Positions 17,460-26,529 are shown, counted from the first letter of the stretch. The stretch: DNA of 64,000 nt from Algoriphagus sp. (GCF_046296635.1 NZ_JBKBKZ010000018.1:16977-80976), one strand, 5' to 3'. Notes: a model not told the origin generated them from the letters alone. A program made the numbers and translations.

Positions 17460-17825
17460 CTATTGGCAATAAGGCGGGCAAATTTGCGCTTTGTTGTAAT
17501 ATGTCGGCTCTTCGGTTTCGCCTAAAATCTCGATTTTTCCACTTTCCGAAGAAGCGGTCATGACAATATTTACTCTGCCTACGTACTCATCGGGATTTTC
17601 AGGATATAGCTTTTTTGCAACTTCCTCTGTGTATTCGGTGAGGTAAAATTTAATTCCTCCTGCTTTAGGATCGGCCAAGATTTCCTCTAGCGTTTTTCTA
17701 TCGAAAAATAACCAGTCTGTCTGATTATCAATGTCTCCTTTTTTCCCTTTTCCGGGTTTCCCTTTTTTGACTTCCTTGTCATACTTCGCTTTCATCTGAT
17801 CGAAGTCTTGCTTACTGATTTTCAT
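17460..17825 (-). CDS. Hypothetical protein with a C-terminal CPPYC motif
   Basis: 121-aa ORF ending 9 nt before the next gene. Lys/Gly-rich N-terminal stretch. Ends ...AQICPPYCQ. Confidence 0.6.
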   Translation of the reverse strand: MKISKQDFDQMKAKYDKEVKKGKPGKGKKGDIDNQTDWLFFDRKTLEEILADPKAGGIKFYLTEYTEEVAKKLYPENPDEYVGRVNIVMTASSESGKIEILGETEEPTYYNKAQICPPYCQ

Positions 17826-17903
17826 TTGTCGTAATATTTAAGATCGTTAGTGAAAAATTTTATTTGTTTCAAAAGATACTAGATTTTAACGGTACGAGAC
17901 AAG

Positions 17904-17935
17904 AAAAAAGGAGCGAGATTTCTCCCGCTCCTTTT
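17904..17935 (-). terminator. Rho-independent terminator of secDF
   Basis: GGAGCGAGA / TCCCGCTCC stem with one mismatch, then a T-run on the minus strand. Confidence 0.6.
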
Positions 17936-17956
17936 CCTTAGATTTTATAGAAAGTT

Positions 17957-20923
17957 TTAAGCTATTTTCTTACCTTCTTTTGCGACTTGTGCTACCTCGT
18001 TTTCAATTTCTCGTTTCATCAAATCCACCACAATCGGAGTGGCGATGTAGACTGAAGAATATGTACCAACGAGGATACCAATGAAGAGTGCAAAAGAGAA
18101 TCCTCTCAAAATTTCACCTCCGAAAATCAACAATACAAGCACCACAATCAGTGTAGTGAATGATGTAATCAATGTTCTTCCCAAAGTTTGGTTGATCGAA
18201 TCATTGAATACTTTCACCAGTTTGTTTGTACCTCGGTTTTCGATGTTTTCACGGATACGGTCAAATACAATCACGGTATCGTTTATCGAGTAACCGATCA
18301 CAGTCAATACCGCTGCGATGAACACCTGATCAATCTCGAATGTCGCTCCGAAAGCACTGGCAATAGCAAATGCCGCAATCACAAACAACGTATCGTGAAC
18401 CAATGCCACAATAGATGCTAGTGAGAACTGCCACTTGCGGAACCTTAGGAGAATGTAAAGGAAAATAACAATTAAGGCTACGATCATAGCTTTCCCTGAA
18501 GAGGCTTTGATGTCATCAGCCACTGTTGCACCTACTTTGGAAGATCCGGTGATTGAAAACTGACTTGCTCCGATCTGTTCAGCATTTTCGACAAAAGTAA
18601 ATCCGGTCACTTTCGAAATTCCCTCTTTTACTTTGGACTCTACTTCCTTATTGGATGCATCGTCATCTTCATTAATCAAATAAGAAGTGGTGACTTTCAG
18701 TGTATTGTTTGAGCCATAGGTTTTTACTTCTACCGAGCCGTCAAATTCACTGTCAAGTCCAGTTTTCAGATCTGAAGAAACTACTGGCTCGTCAAATGCT
18801 ACGATATAAGAACGTCCACCGGTGAAATCCACCCCGAATTTCAAACCGTTGATCGCAGCGATTCCAAGTCCGATTACTATAATAGAAGTGGAAATAATAT
18901 ATGCCACTTTACGCTTGCCCATGAAGTCGATATTCAAACCAGAAAGTGCATTTTTTGCAAAAGGAGCGGTAAAGTTGATGTTGCTCTTGTCACCTTTTGA
19001 GGTCATCCAAGACACAATCACTCGGGTGATGAATACCGAAGAGAAGAAAGAACAAGCAATACCGATCATCAATACGATGGCGAATCCTTTAACCGGTCCT
19101 TGGCCCAATGCAAACAAGATTGCACCTGTTAGGAATGTGGTCACGTTACCATCTAAAATCGCAGAGAATGCTTTGCTATAACCTGCATTGATTGAGGCCA
19201 TAAGTCCGACTCCGTTTCGGAGTTCTTCTTTGATTCGCTCAAAAATCAACACGTTCGCATCAATCGACATACCGATGGTCAATACAATACCTGCAATACC
19301 CGGTAAAGTCAAGGCCGTGCCCAATTGCGCAAGGATACCGAGAATGAAGAAGATGTTAAACACCAATGCAGCAATGGCAACCAAACCGCCTTTGGCATAA
19401 TAAGCAATCATAAATAAGACTACCAAGGTAAGACCGGCAATCATAGAGAATGCACCTTGACGAATAGCTTCCTTACCAAGTGTAGGTCCTACGATACTTT
19501 CTTCGACGATCTGAGTTGGTGCAGGAAGTGATCCCGATTTCAGGATATTTGCCAAATCCTGGGCTTCCTGAATGTTGAAATTTCCCGAAATTTCAGACTG
19601 ACCGGTTGGAATTTCTCCATTTACCACAGGAGCAGTGTACACATAATCATCCAAAACGACGGCGATTCTTCTGCCAATGTTTTCGCTGGTTAGCTTTCTC
19701 CATTTTCTTGCACCTTCGGCATTCATCTGCATGGATACAGCTGGACGGGAAGTCTGGTCAAGAGTCTGTCTTGCATCTGTTACTACATCGCCTTCAAGTG
19801 GTGCTTGGTCACTTCCACGTGTAGTTTTGATTCCATAGAGCTCCAGCAATTCACTACCATCTGTTGCTTTGACTGGTTTTACTCCCCACAGTAATTTGAG
19901 GTCTCTTGGTAGGAAAGACTTGTAGCGCTCATTTTTAATAATTCTGTTGATGGTGATGGTATCACGTACATCGTAAACCAAGCCATTTCCTTTTAATAAG
20001 CTGATTATCGGCGAAACATTATTTGCATTATTGGCCGGATCAAGTTGTTGCAGTTGTTTTTCCAGCGCATTTCTCAACGAATCTTCGGATGAAAGATCCT
20101 GAGATGTGGTGTCAACTGAAGCTGGAGTAGCTTTTTGATCAGCTACCCATGTGGTATTGATAGTTTCGAGAGCTCCACCATACTCGTTCAATTCCAACAC
20201 TTCCCAGAATTGGAGTTTGGCTACACCCTGTAGCATATTTCTCACACGCTCTTGGTTGTCTACACCCGGAAGTTCGATCTGTATTCTACCTGAGCCTGAA
20301 ATTCGCTGGATATTTGGCTGAGAAGTACCAAATCGGTCAATACGAGTTCTTAGGATGTTGAACGAACGTCCGATTGCATTTTCTACTTCAGTGTTGATTA
20401 TATCCAGGATCTCTTTATCAGAGCTCTCCAATGAAATTCTTCCTCGGTTAGCTGCAGTTGCGAAAATGTTGCTAAGCTTTTTTCCCGGGTTGTTTTTTTG
20501 AAAAGCAGTGTAGAAGAGGTCTACATATCGGGTATTGGAAGTTTTCGCTTCTTCACGCGCCTCAGCAACAGATTTGTTGAATCCTTCATCCTTTGGATTT
20601 CCTGCAAGTCCTTTCACGATTTCAACCGGAGAAACCTCCAATGTCACGTGCATACCGCCCTGAAGATCGAGTCCTAGTCCAAGTTCGGTTTCCTTGATTT
20701 CCTGATAAGTGAAACTGCCTCCGAGGAATTTGTAAACAGGCTCTCTCCAGACGGAGTCCAGATAGGCTCTTTTTTTGGCAAAGTCGATATTGCCAGAGGT
20801 GTCTGTTGCAAAAGCTTCAGCTTTTTTCTGAACACCATTTGATACTAATGTAAATGACAAATAGTACAGACATAAAACTGTAACAAGCACTGTCAAAAAC
20901 ACAATTATGCCTTTGTTTTGCAT
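17957..20923 (-). CDS. secDF: Protein translocase subunit SecDF (fused)
   Basis: 988 aa with two 6-TM modules and a large periplasmic domain. The fused SecD-SecF layout is typical of Bacteroidota. Confidence 0.93.
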   Translation of the reverse strand: MQNKGIIVFLTVLVTVLCLYYLSFTLVSNGVQKKAEAFATDTSGNIDFAKKRAYLDSVWREPVYKFLGGSFTYQEIKETELGLGLDLQGGMHVTLEVSPVEIVKGLAGNPKDEGFNKSVAEAREEAKTSNTRYVDLFYTAFQKNNPGKKLSNIFATAANRGRISLESSDKEILDIINTEVENAIGRSFNILRTRIDRFGTSQPNIQRISGSGRIQIELPGVDNQERVRNMLQGVAKLQFWEVLELNEYGGALETINTTWVADQKATPASVDTTSQDLSSEDSLRNALEKQLQQLDPANNANNVSPIISLLKGNGLVYDVRDTITINRIIKNERYKSFLPRDLKLLWGVKPVKATDGSELLELYGIKTTRGSDQAPLEGDVVTDARQTLDQTSRPAVSMQMNAEGARKWRKLTSENIGRRIAVVLDDYVYTAPVVNGEIPTGQSEISGNFNIQEAQDLANILKSGSLPAPTQIVEESIVGPTLGKEAIRQGAFSMIAGLTLVVLFMIAYYAKGGLVAIAALVFNIFFILGILAQLGTALTLPGIAGIVLTIGMSIDANVLIFERIKEELRNGVGLMASINAGYSKAFSAILDGNVTTFLTGAILFALGQGPVKGFAIVLMIGIACSFFSSVFITRVIVSWMTSKGDKSNINFTAPFAKNALSGLNIDFMGKRKVAYIISTSIIVIGLGIAAINGLKFGVDFTGGRSYIVAFDEPVVSSDLKTGLDSEFDGSVEVKTYGSNNTLKVTTSYLINEDDDASNKEVESKVKEGISKVTGFTFVENAEQIGASQFSITGSSKVGATVADDIKASSGKAMIVALIVIFLYILLRFRKWQFSLASIVALVHDTLFVIAAFAIASAFGATFEIDQVFIAAVLTVIGYSINDTVIVFDRIRENIENRGTNKLVKVFNDSINQTLGRTLITSFTTLIVVLVLLIFGGEILRGFSFALFIGILVGTYSSVYIATPIVVDLMKREIENEVAQVAKEGKKIA

Positions 20924-21015
20924 AAGGGTTAGTTATTTAAATTGATTAGGGAATACAATTGAATGCTTAACCTGAAGTAGGTTTAGCGGGAATAATTAAA
21001 AAGTGAAATGGAATA

Positions 21016-21360
21016 TCAGGGACCTTTGGTCGAGATGATCCGCTCAAAAAGAATTTCTACCAATTGATTAGGGTAGAAAGCGGAAACTGCCTGAAGGCTT
21101 GGAATTTTTAATTCGAAACTGAAAATCTGATAAATAAGAATCAGTACAGTATCTGCAACGTGAAGTACAAATGGTACCACTGCATCTACAGCTACGCTTA
21201 TGAAGGACTGATTTTGATTCCCAGTGGACTGTTCAGTTTTGTGAGTATCTCCGTCCTGAGGGATATATTCCACACTGGAAATAAACAGGCAAAACAGCAA
21301 TGCCATTAACAGCGTGAACCGCTGCTGGAAAAGACTGTTATGGATTGTCCTGTTTTTCAT
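21016..21360 (-). CDS. Hypothetical membrane protein
   Basis: ORF with an ATG at 21360 (MKNRTIHN...) and two hydrophobic segments. No motif recognised. Confidence 0.45.
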   Translation of the reverse strand: MKNRTIHNSLFQQRFTLLMALLFCLFISSVEYIPQDGDTHKTEQSTGNQNQSFISVAVDAVVPFVLHVADTVLILIYQIFSFELKIPSLQAVSAFYPNQLVEILFERIISTKGP

Positions 21361-21417
21361 GCGAGGCAAATATAGACAATATTTGAAAATCAAGCCTTTT
21401 GCCTTGCTTTTTTTGAA

Positions 21418-22038
21418 TCATTTACCTGATTTGGATCGGAGATAAGTTCGGACGACGTCCAAAGCCATATCGAAATTGGAATTATTGGGCACGATCAGGT
21501 CCGCTTCATTCTTGAATGGTTTGATGTATTTCTCATAGGTGGGCATCACGTGCATTTCATATCGATATAATACATCATCGAGATCATAGCCGCGCTCCAC
21601 TTTATCCCGAATAATTCTTCGCTTCAATTTGATATGATCTTTTGCGTCAATGAAAATTTTCAAGTCAAGGAGGTCGGACAATTCCGGGTAATAAAGCACA
21701 AAAATCCCCTCTACTACAACCACAGGCGCCGATGAAAAAGTTAGCATTTTTGGTGTTTTTGCAGCATTGTTAAACGTGTACTCTTCACGAAGGACTGTTT
21801 CGCCATTCTGTATTTTGCGAATGTCAGCCGCATACTGTTCAAAGTCGATGCTGTGCGGCGTATCAAAATTATGAACTCCCTGAGAATCTATCGGCTGCTG
21901 ATGACGTGGCTTATAGTAATTGTCCTGCGAAATCAGGCAAACTTCCTCGGGTTCAAAACTGCTAAGTAACCGCTCCAGAAATAATGTTTTTCCAGAGGCT
22001 GAACCTCCTGTGATCCCGACGATAAATGGTTTTTTCAT
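21418..22038 (-). CDS. udk: Uridine kinase
   Basis: P-loop GITGGSASGKT and a uridine kinase body (QDNYY...). ATG at 22038 preferred over the TTG at 22047. Confidence 0.9.
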   Translation of the reverse strand: MKKPFIVGITGGSASGKTLFLERLLSSFEPEEVCLISQDNYYKPRHQQPIDSQGVHNFDTPHSIDFEQYAADIRKIQNGETVLREEYTFNNAAKTPKMLTFSSAPVVVVEGIFVLYYPELSDLLDLKIFIDAKDHIKLKRRIIRDKVERGYDLDDVLYRYEMHVMPTYEKYIKPFKNEADLIVPNNSNFDMALDVVRTYLRSKSGK

Positions 22039-22071
22039 TGAAGCCAAAGTTAAGGCATTTTAGGTTTGAAC

Positions 22072-22653
22072 TCAGAATTTTCTATTGTTAAGAAATGAAA
22101 TGAGGGCTTTCACCGCTTTTCCACGATGACTGATCTCATTTTTTTCTGCAATGCTCAATTCCGCAAAAGTCCGATCGTATCCTGAAGGCTTAAAAAGCGG
22201 ATCATATCCAAAACCACCGGAACCTACTTTTTCAGCTAAAATTTTTCCTTCGGCAGATCCTTCAAATGCATATTCCTTTCCATCAAGAATCAAGGCTATG
22301 ACTGTTCTGAATTTTGCTTTTCGGTCGCTTTTCCCCTTCATTTTATTCAAAAGCAATTCAATATTCCGTTCGTCACTTCTGGGTTCACCGGCGAATCTGC
22401 CTGAATAGACACCGGGAGCTCCGTCTAGCGCATCCACTTCCAGACCCGTGTCATCTGCAAAACAATCGACTCCGTAATTAGACTTGACATAACGGGCCTT
22501 TTGGAAAGCATTATGGTCAAGCGTATTTCCTGTTTCTGGGAGTTCTTCATAGCATCCAATATCCTGAAGCGAGACAATCTCAAAATCACTACCCAAGGCA
22601 GCTTTTACTTCTTCTATTTTCTTGATGTTGTTTGTGGCAAAGCAGATTTTCAT
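22072..22653 (-). CDS. rdgB: Non-canonical purine NTP pyrophosphatase (RdgB/HAM1)
   Basis: 193 aa with FATNNIKKIEE, DDTGLEVDALDGAPGVYS, GFGYDPLF and SHRGKA. Confidence 0.9.
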   Translation of the reverse strand: MKICFATNNIKKIEEVKAALGSDFEIVSLQDIGCYEELPETGNTLDHNAFQKARYVKSNYGVDCFADDTGLEVDALDGAPGVYSGRFAGEPRSDERNIELLLNKMKGKSDRKAKFRTVIALILDGKEYAFEGSAEGKILAEKVGSGGFGYDPLFKPSGYDRTFAELSIAEKNEISHRGKAVKALISFLNNRKF

Positions 22654-22732
22654 GGAGAAGTTGAGTGTTTGGAAGAATTTAGACCAACATGCAAAGGTTG
22701 CAGAGAAATTTGAAAATCACTTATTTTCGGGC

Positions 22733-23296
22733 ATGAAGAAAATCACAATTTACTGCGGCTCAAAGAAAGGAAATAGTGGAGTTTATGAGGCGGGTGCACG
22801 TTCATTGGTACAGGAAATGATCAAGCGAGATCATTCACTGGTGTATGGGGCAGGGAGAGTTGGCTTGATGGGGGTCATCGCGGATGAGATGCTCGCAGCA
22901 GGCAAGGAAGTTCTTGGAATCATCCCTCAAAAATTGGTCGATCGGGAAGTGGCGCATACAGGTTGTACCGAACTCATTATCGTGGAGACCATGCGAGACA
23001 GAAAGTGGCTTATGGCAGAGCGTGGAGATGGTTTTATAGCGATGCCAGGAGGAATTGGGACACTGGAGGAACTTTTTGAAATCATGACTCTGAATCAGCT
23101 TCATTATATCCAAAAACCTCTTGCCTTGTATAATGTAAATGGATATTACAACAGGCTTATCGATTTTTTGAACCATGCTATGGAAGAAGGATTTCTGTAT
23201 CCAGAGCAGGAGGAGATGCTGATCATCTCTGACGATCCTGTGGATTTATTGGATCAAATGTCGTCATATCAAGCTAGAAGACCCGCGGATTGGTGA
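22733..23296 (+). CDS. LOG family protein (TIGR00730, short type)
   Basis: ITIYCGS...GAGRVGLMG...MPGGIGTLEELFE motifs. The ATG at 22733 is preferred. The TTG-started extension would overlap rdgB. Confidence 0.85.
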   Translation: MKKITIYCGSKKGNSGVYEAGARSLVQEMIKRDHSLVYGAGRVGLMGVIADEMLAAGKEVLGIIPQKLVDREVAHTGCTELIIVETMRDRKWLMAERGDGFIAMPGGIGTLEELFEIMTLNQLHYIQKPLALYNVNGYYNRLIDFLNHAMEEGFLYPEQEEMLIISDDPVDLLDQMSSYQARRPADW

Positions 23297-23415
23297 CATT
23301 GTCCAGCGTTGAATTCAAGGAGTTAAAATTTCTAAAGCTCTATGCTAATTATGTTTAGAGTTTCGTTTTTATGTTAATTCCAGTGCAGTCCTTCTGATTT
23401 AAAGAAGATAAATTG

Positions 23416-23423
23416 TACCTTTG
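23416..23423 (+). promoter_or_regulatory. Bacteroidota -7 box TACCTTTG (TAnnTTTG)
   Basis: Exact consensus match 20 nt upstream of the ATG at 23443. Confidence 0.45.
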
Positions 23424-23442
23424 TAAGGACCCTGATCATTGT

Positions 23443-23946
23443 ATGATAGACAAGCTTTTTCCTTTAGACAAAAACTACATCCTAAGGCAAGCCCAATTTG
23501 TTTTGGAGGAAGAATTGATGGATCAAATGGTCTATGAATTGAAGCGGTCTTACACTTATTTATACAATCCTCTACAATTGATGGATCAGACTTACGCCAA
23601 GATTCTGGATACGTTTGAATTTCCCAAAGACAGAGTTCAAATGATCTACAGACAACTTTGCGGGATCTATCGATTTAAAAATCGAGATAATCAACTGGAG
23701 TTACTTTTTGATGGTCGTTCTCACTTTGACAAGTTTAAGGAAGAATGGGAAGCCTGCTTTATTTCCTGGTTAAAAGAGCTCGGCCAACACGAACAATACG
23801 TCAAAACGATGCTTAGAATGACCTTGCTATATGATACCGAATCGAGAGCAGAGTGGGCAGAAAATCACTGCAAAGCATTCATCAATCAATACTTTGAATT
23901 GAAAGTGGTGAAAAGACAAGGAGAATTGAGACTGAAAGTAGGATAA
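23443..23946 (+). CDS. Hypothetical cytoplasmic protein
   Basis: 167-aa ORF with its own -7 box and terminator. No motif recognised. Confidence 0.55.
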   Translation: MIDKLFPLDKNYILRQAQFVLEEELMDQMVYELKRSYTYLYNPLQLMDQTYAKILDTFEFPKDRVQMIYRQLCGIYRFKNRDNQLELLFDGRSHFDKFKEEWEACFISWLKELGQHEQYVKTMLRMTLLYDTESRAEWAENHCKAFINQYFELKVVKRQGELRLKVG

Positions 23947-23965
23947 ACCTCGTCCTAGAGATAAT

Positions 23966-24000
23966 AAAACAAAAGCCATCATTTCGATGGCTTTTGTTTT
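23966..24000. terminator. Bidirectional terminator (AAAACAAAAGCCATC / GATGGCTTTTGTTTT)
   Basis: Perfect 15-bp stem with a 5-nt loop between convergent genes. Confidence 0.75.
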
Positions 24001-24021
24001 ATAGGATGATTTCAAATCTGT

Positions 24022-24747
24022 CTAGAAGTTTGGACTCAATACATATTTGTTATAGAAGTCATCGATCACCTTGACAGCTTCAGTTGCATCGTCAACTACG
24101 GAGAACAGATCGAGATCTTCTTCTTTGATGTAATTATTTTCTGCCAAAAGTGTTTTTTTGATCCAATCCACTAATCCTCCCCAATAAGATTTGCCAACTA
24201 GGACAATGGGGAATCTGCCGATTTTGTTGGTTTGGATTAAAGTGAGGGCTTCAAATAATTCGTCGAGCGTCCCAAATCCACCGGGTAAAACAACGAACCC
24301 TTGGGCATAACGCATAAACATTACCTTACGGACAAAGAAATAGTCGAAGGTCAACAACTTGTCTCTATCGATATAAATATTGTTGAATTGCTCAAAAGGA
24401 AGGACAATATTTAACCCTACTGACTTTCCTCCCTCAGAGTAAGCACCTTTGTTTCCGGCCTCCATTATACCCGGTCCACCGCCAGTGATCACACCATATC
24501 CGTGGCGGACAAGTTTGGCGGCAATTTCTTCAGCCATTTTGTAATATTCATGATCTCTCGGAGTTCGTGCAGATCCAAATATTGAGACGCAAGGCCCGAT
24601 TTTGGCGAGCTTCCCATAGCCTTCTACAAATTCAGACATGACTTTAAAAATCGCCCAGGAATCTTCACTTCTGATTTCACTCCAGTCTCGTTCTTTGAAG
24701 GCTCGCCGGATTTTTTCTTCGGCTTTGTTGTCTTCCAAATTGCTCAT
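24022..24747 (-). CDS. LOG family protein (TIGR00730, long type)
   Basis: VSIFGSAR...ITGGGPGIMEAGNKGA...LPGGFGTLDELFE. The ATG at 24747 (MSNLEDNK) is preferred. The 382-aa ORF-track extension looks non-coding. Confidence 0.85.
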   Translation of the reverse strand: MSNLEDNKAEEKIRRAFKERDWSEIRSEDSWAIFKVMSEFVEGYGKLAKIGPCVSIFGSARTPRDHEYYKMAEEIAAKLVRHGYGVITGGGPGIMEAGNKGAYSEGGKSVGLNIVLPFEQFNNIYIDRDKLLTFDYFFVRKVMFMRYAQGFVVLPGGFGTLDELFEALTLIQTNKIGRFPIVLVGKSYWGGLVDWIKKTLLAENNYIKEEDLDLFSVVDDATEAVKVIDDFYNKYVLSPNF

Positions 24748-24884
24748 GTTACTTCGTTTTAGTTGTTCAAAAAAACGATTCTGATCGTTAAATGGTGGTG
24801 TCTTCTGTGCTTTGAATTTTAAATTACTGATAATCAAAGGGAAAAAATGCAGGAAGGAAAGAATTTTATCAGGTTTTCTTCCAG

Positions 24885-24892
24885 TACTTTTG
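24885..24892 (+). promoter_or_regulatory. -7 box TACTTTTG
   Basis: Exact TAnnTTTG match 20 nt upstream of the ATG at 24912. Confidence 0.45.
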
Positions 24893-24911
24893 CTTTCTGA
24901 ATAATTTAAGA

Positions 24912-25499
24912 ATGAATTTATTTGAAAAATCCGAAGCGGTGAGACAACTCTTTCAAGACTTGGAAGAAGAGTCTCGGCAATTTCATTCCGAGGCAGGGAT
25001 GGGCTGTGTTTCCGGTTGCGGATTTTGTTGCGCAAACCCAGAAATTCCAGCCTCACCTTTGGAATTTTTACCATTGGCTTTTGACCTGTATGAAAAAGGA
25101 ATTGCTGAAGAAATAGCAAATCAATTAGCACTTCAAGATCAATTGGGAAATTGCATAGTTTATCGGTCACAGCAAACTGACCCTACCAAGGGATTTTGTG
25201 GAAACTATTCAAATAGAGGTCTGATATGCAGACTTTTTGGGGCCTCTTCCCGTAGGAATAAATATGGGAAAAACGAACTCATTACTTGTAAAATCCTGAA
25301 AGCGGAAAAAAAAGAAGCTTTTGAAATCGCCGCATCCCGAATCAATTCAGATCTGGAGATTCCTACAGCTACAGCTTATTATACTCGATTGGCAGATGTG
25401 GATCAATCTTTGGCTAGTCAGTACCCAGTCAATCAGGCGATTTTGATGGCGTTGGAGTTGGTTTTAAGGTTTAAATTTTATGAAATCGAGCATGACTAA
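24912..25499 (+). CDS. YkgJ-family cysteine-cluster protein (UPF0153)
   Basis: CVSGCGFCCANPEI Cys cluster near the N-terminus and further Cys residues downstream. Confidence 0.75.
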   Translation: MNLFEKSEAVRQLFQDLEEESRQFHSEAGMGCVSGCGFCCANPEIPASPLEFLPLAFDLYEKGIAEEIANQLALQDQLGNCIVYRSQQTDPTKGFCGNYSNRGLICRLFGASSRRNKYGKNELITCKILKAEKKEAFEIAASRINSDLEIPTATAYYTRLADVDQSLASQYPVNQAILMALELVLRFKFYEIEHD

Positions 25500-25682
25500 A
25501 AAGTCACAGGCTGAGATGATTATAAACCATGCAAGATTCCATGTGGCCATAAAGAAAAAATTATAAACACATGAAATCGAGCATGACTAAAAAGTCACAG
25601 GCTGAGATGATTATCGACCTAGCGAGATTCCACCTGCCTGCCGGCAGGCAGGTATGGCTATTGAAAAAAAATTGTAATCATA
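25480..25682. repeat. Diverged tandem duplication, about 91 bp, spanning the ykgJ-like stop
   Basis: A 44-nt exact repeat at 25480-25523 and 25571-25614. The tails are related, but copy 2 carries the palindrome at 25632-25653. Confidence 0.85.
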
Positions 25683-25787
25683 TTAAAGTGCAGAATCGGG
25701 CGATGCTGTTTGATTTTTTTGCGGGGGAGTTTTCAAGTATATTCGATCAAGAAAAATGGAAAAATTGGGCTAAAAACCCCTTACATT

Positions 25788-26153
25788 ATGTTTAAAATAA
25801 CCGAAATCATTCATACCGTAAAAGGAATTATAGAAACCCGAGTTGGGCTTCTCAAGCAAGATTTACAAGATGAATTTGTAAGGATACTGTCACGTGTTGT
25901 ACTGATGATGGTCATGGTCATCTTGTTGTTATTAGTATTCTTGTTCCTGTCTATATCCTTGGCCTTCTATTTGAGTCAATTAACCAAAACACCCTATTTG
26001 GGTTTTTTGATTGTAGCATTGATTTATTTTTTGGCAGTCTTGGTGATGTATCTCACGAAGGAGCCACTTAATTTTCATGGAAGAATAGAGTTAGCGCTGA
26101 AGAATTTTATATTAAATTTTAAAAAGAAACGAATAGAAGAAGACAATGAATAA
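25788..26153 (+). CDS. Small membrane protein, YqjE / DUF1469 (holin-X)-like
   Basis: 121 aa with an amphipathic N-terminus followed by two TM helices. The family assignment is by eye. Confidence 0.55.
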   Translation: MFKITEIIHTVKGIIETRVGLLKQDLQDEFVRILSRVVLMMVMVILLLLVFLFLSISLAFYLSQLTKTPYLGFLIVALIYFLAVLVMYLTKEPLNFHGRIELALKNFILNFKKKRIEEDNE

Positions 26154-26529
26154 CGAACTTGAAAGGAAATCAGAAGAATTGCAGCAGACTTTGGCTAAGC
26201 AATTGGAATTGTTTAAAAAAGACTCTGAAGAGTGGTTGAAATTGGGTGCAGTCGTAGCAGTAGGTGCATTATTGACCTACGGGATAGTGAAAGTGGCAAG
26301 TAAGAAAAAGGCTAAATCCACCGATAAGGCATTGGATCTCTTAGAAAGAGAAGGTCTTCTCAGTGACGATATTAAAGACCGATTGACGAAATCCAACAAG
26401 TCAACTTTCTGGCCCGGATTCACACAAAGGCTTATAATATTGGGACTCGCATTGGCAAAAGACAGAATATATGACTCACTATTTTCTCCTGCAGCAGAAG
26501 AAAATGAAGAAGGTGAAAGAGGTCAGTAA
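26146..26529 (+). CDS. Hypothetical coiled-coil protein with one TM segment
   Basis: 127 aa. The start overlaps the upstream stop (ATGAATAA). Confidence 0.55.
   Translation: MNNELERKSEELQQTLAKQLELFKKDSEEWLKLGAVVAVGALLTYGIVKVASKKKAKSTDKALDLLEREGLLSDDIKDRLTKSNKSTFWPGFTQRLIILGLALAKDRIYDSLFSPAAEENEEGERGQ

Noticed and set aside
22622-22732. TTG-started extension of the short LOG ORF.
   Set aside because: It overlaps the 5' end of rdgB on the other strand. The conserved LOG N-terminus (KKITIYCGS) begins right after the ATG at 22733.
24748-25170. N-terminal extension of the long LOG ORF (382 aa in the track).
   Set aside because: The extension has no LOG homology, is rich in odd residues and overlaps the divergent ykgJ-like gene and its -7 box. 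The ATG at 24747 gives a family-typical N-terminus.
25571-25795. A 74-aa ORF starting in the second repeat copy.
   Set aside because: Its start is a by-product of the tandem duplication and it runs through the 22-bp palindrome. There is no motif and it overlaps the better-supported start at 25788.
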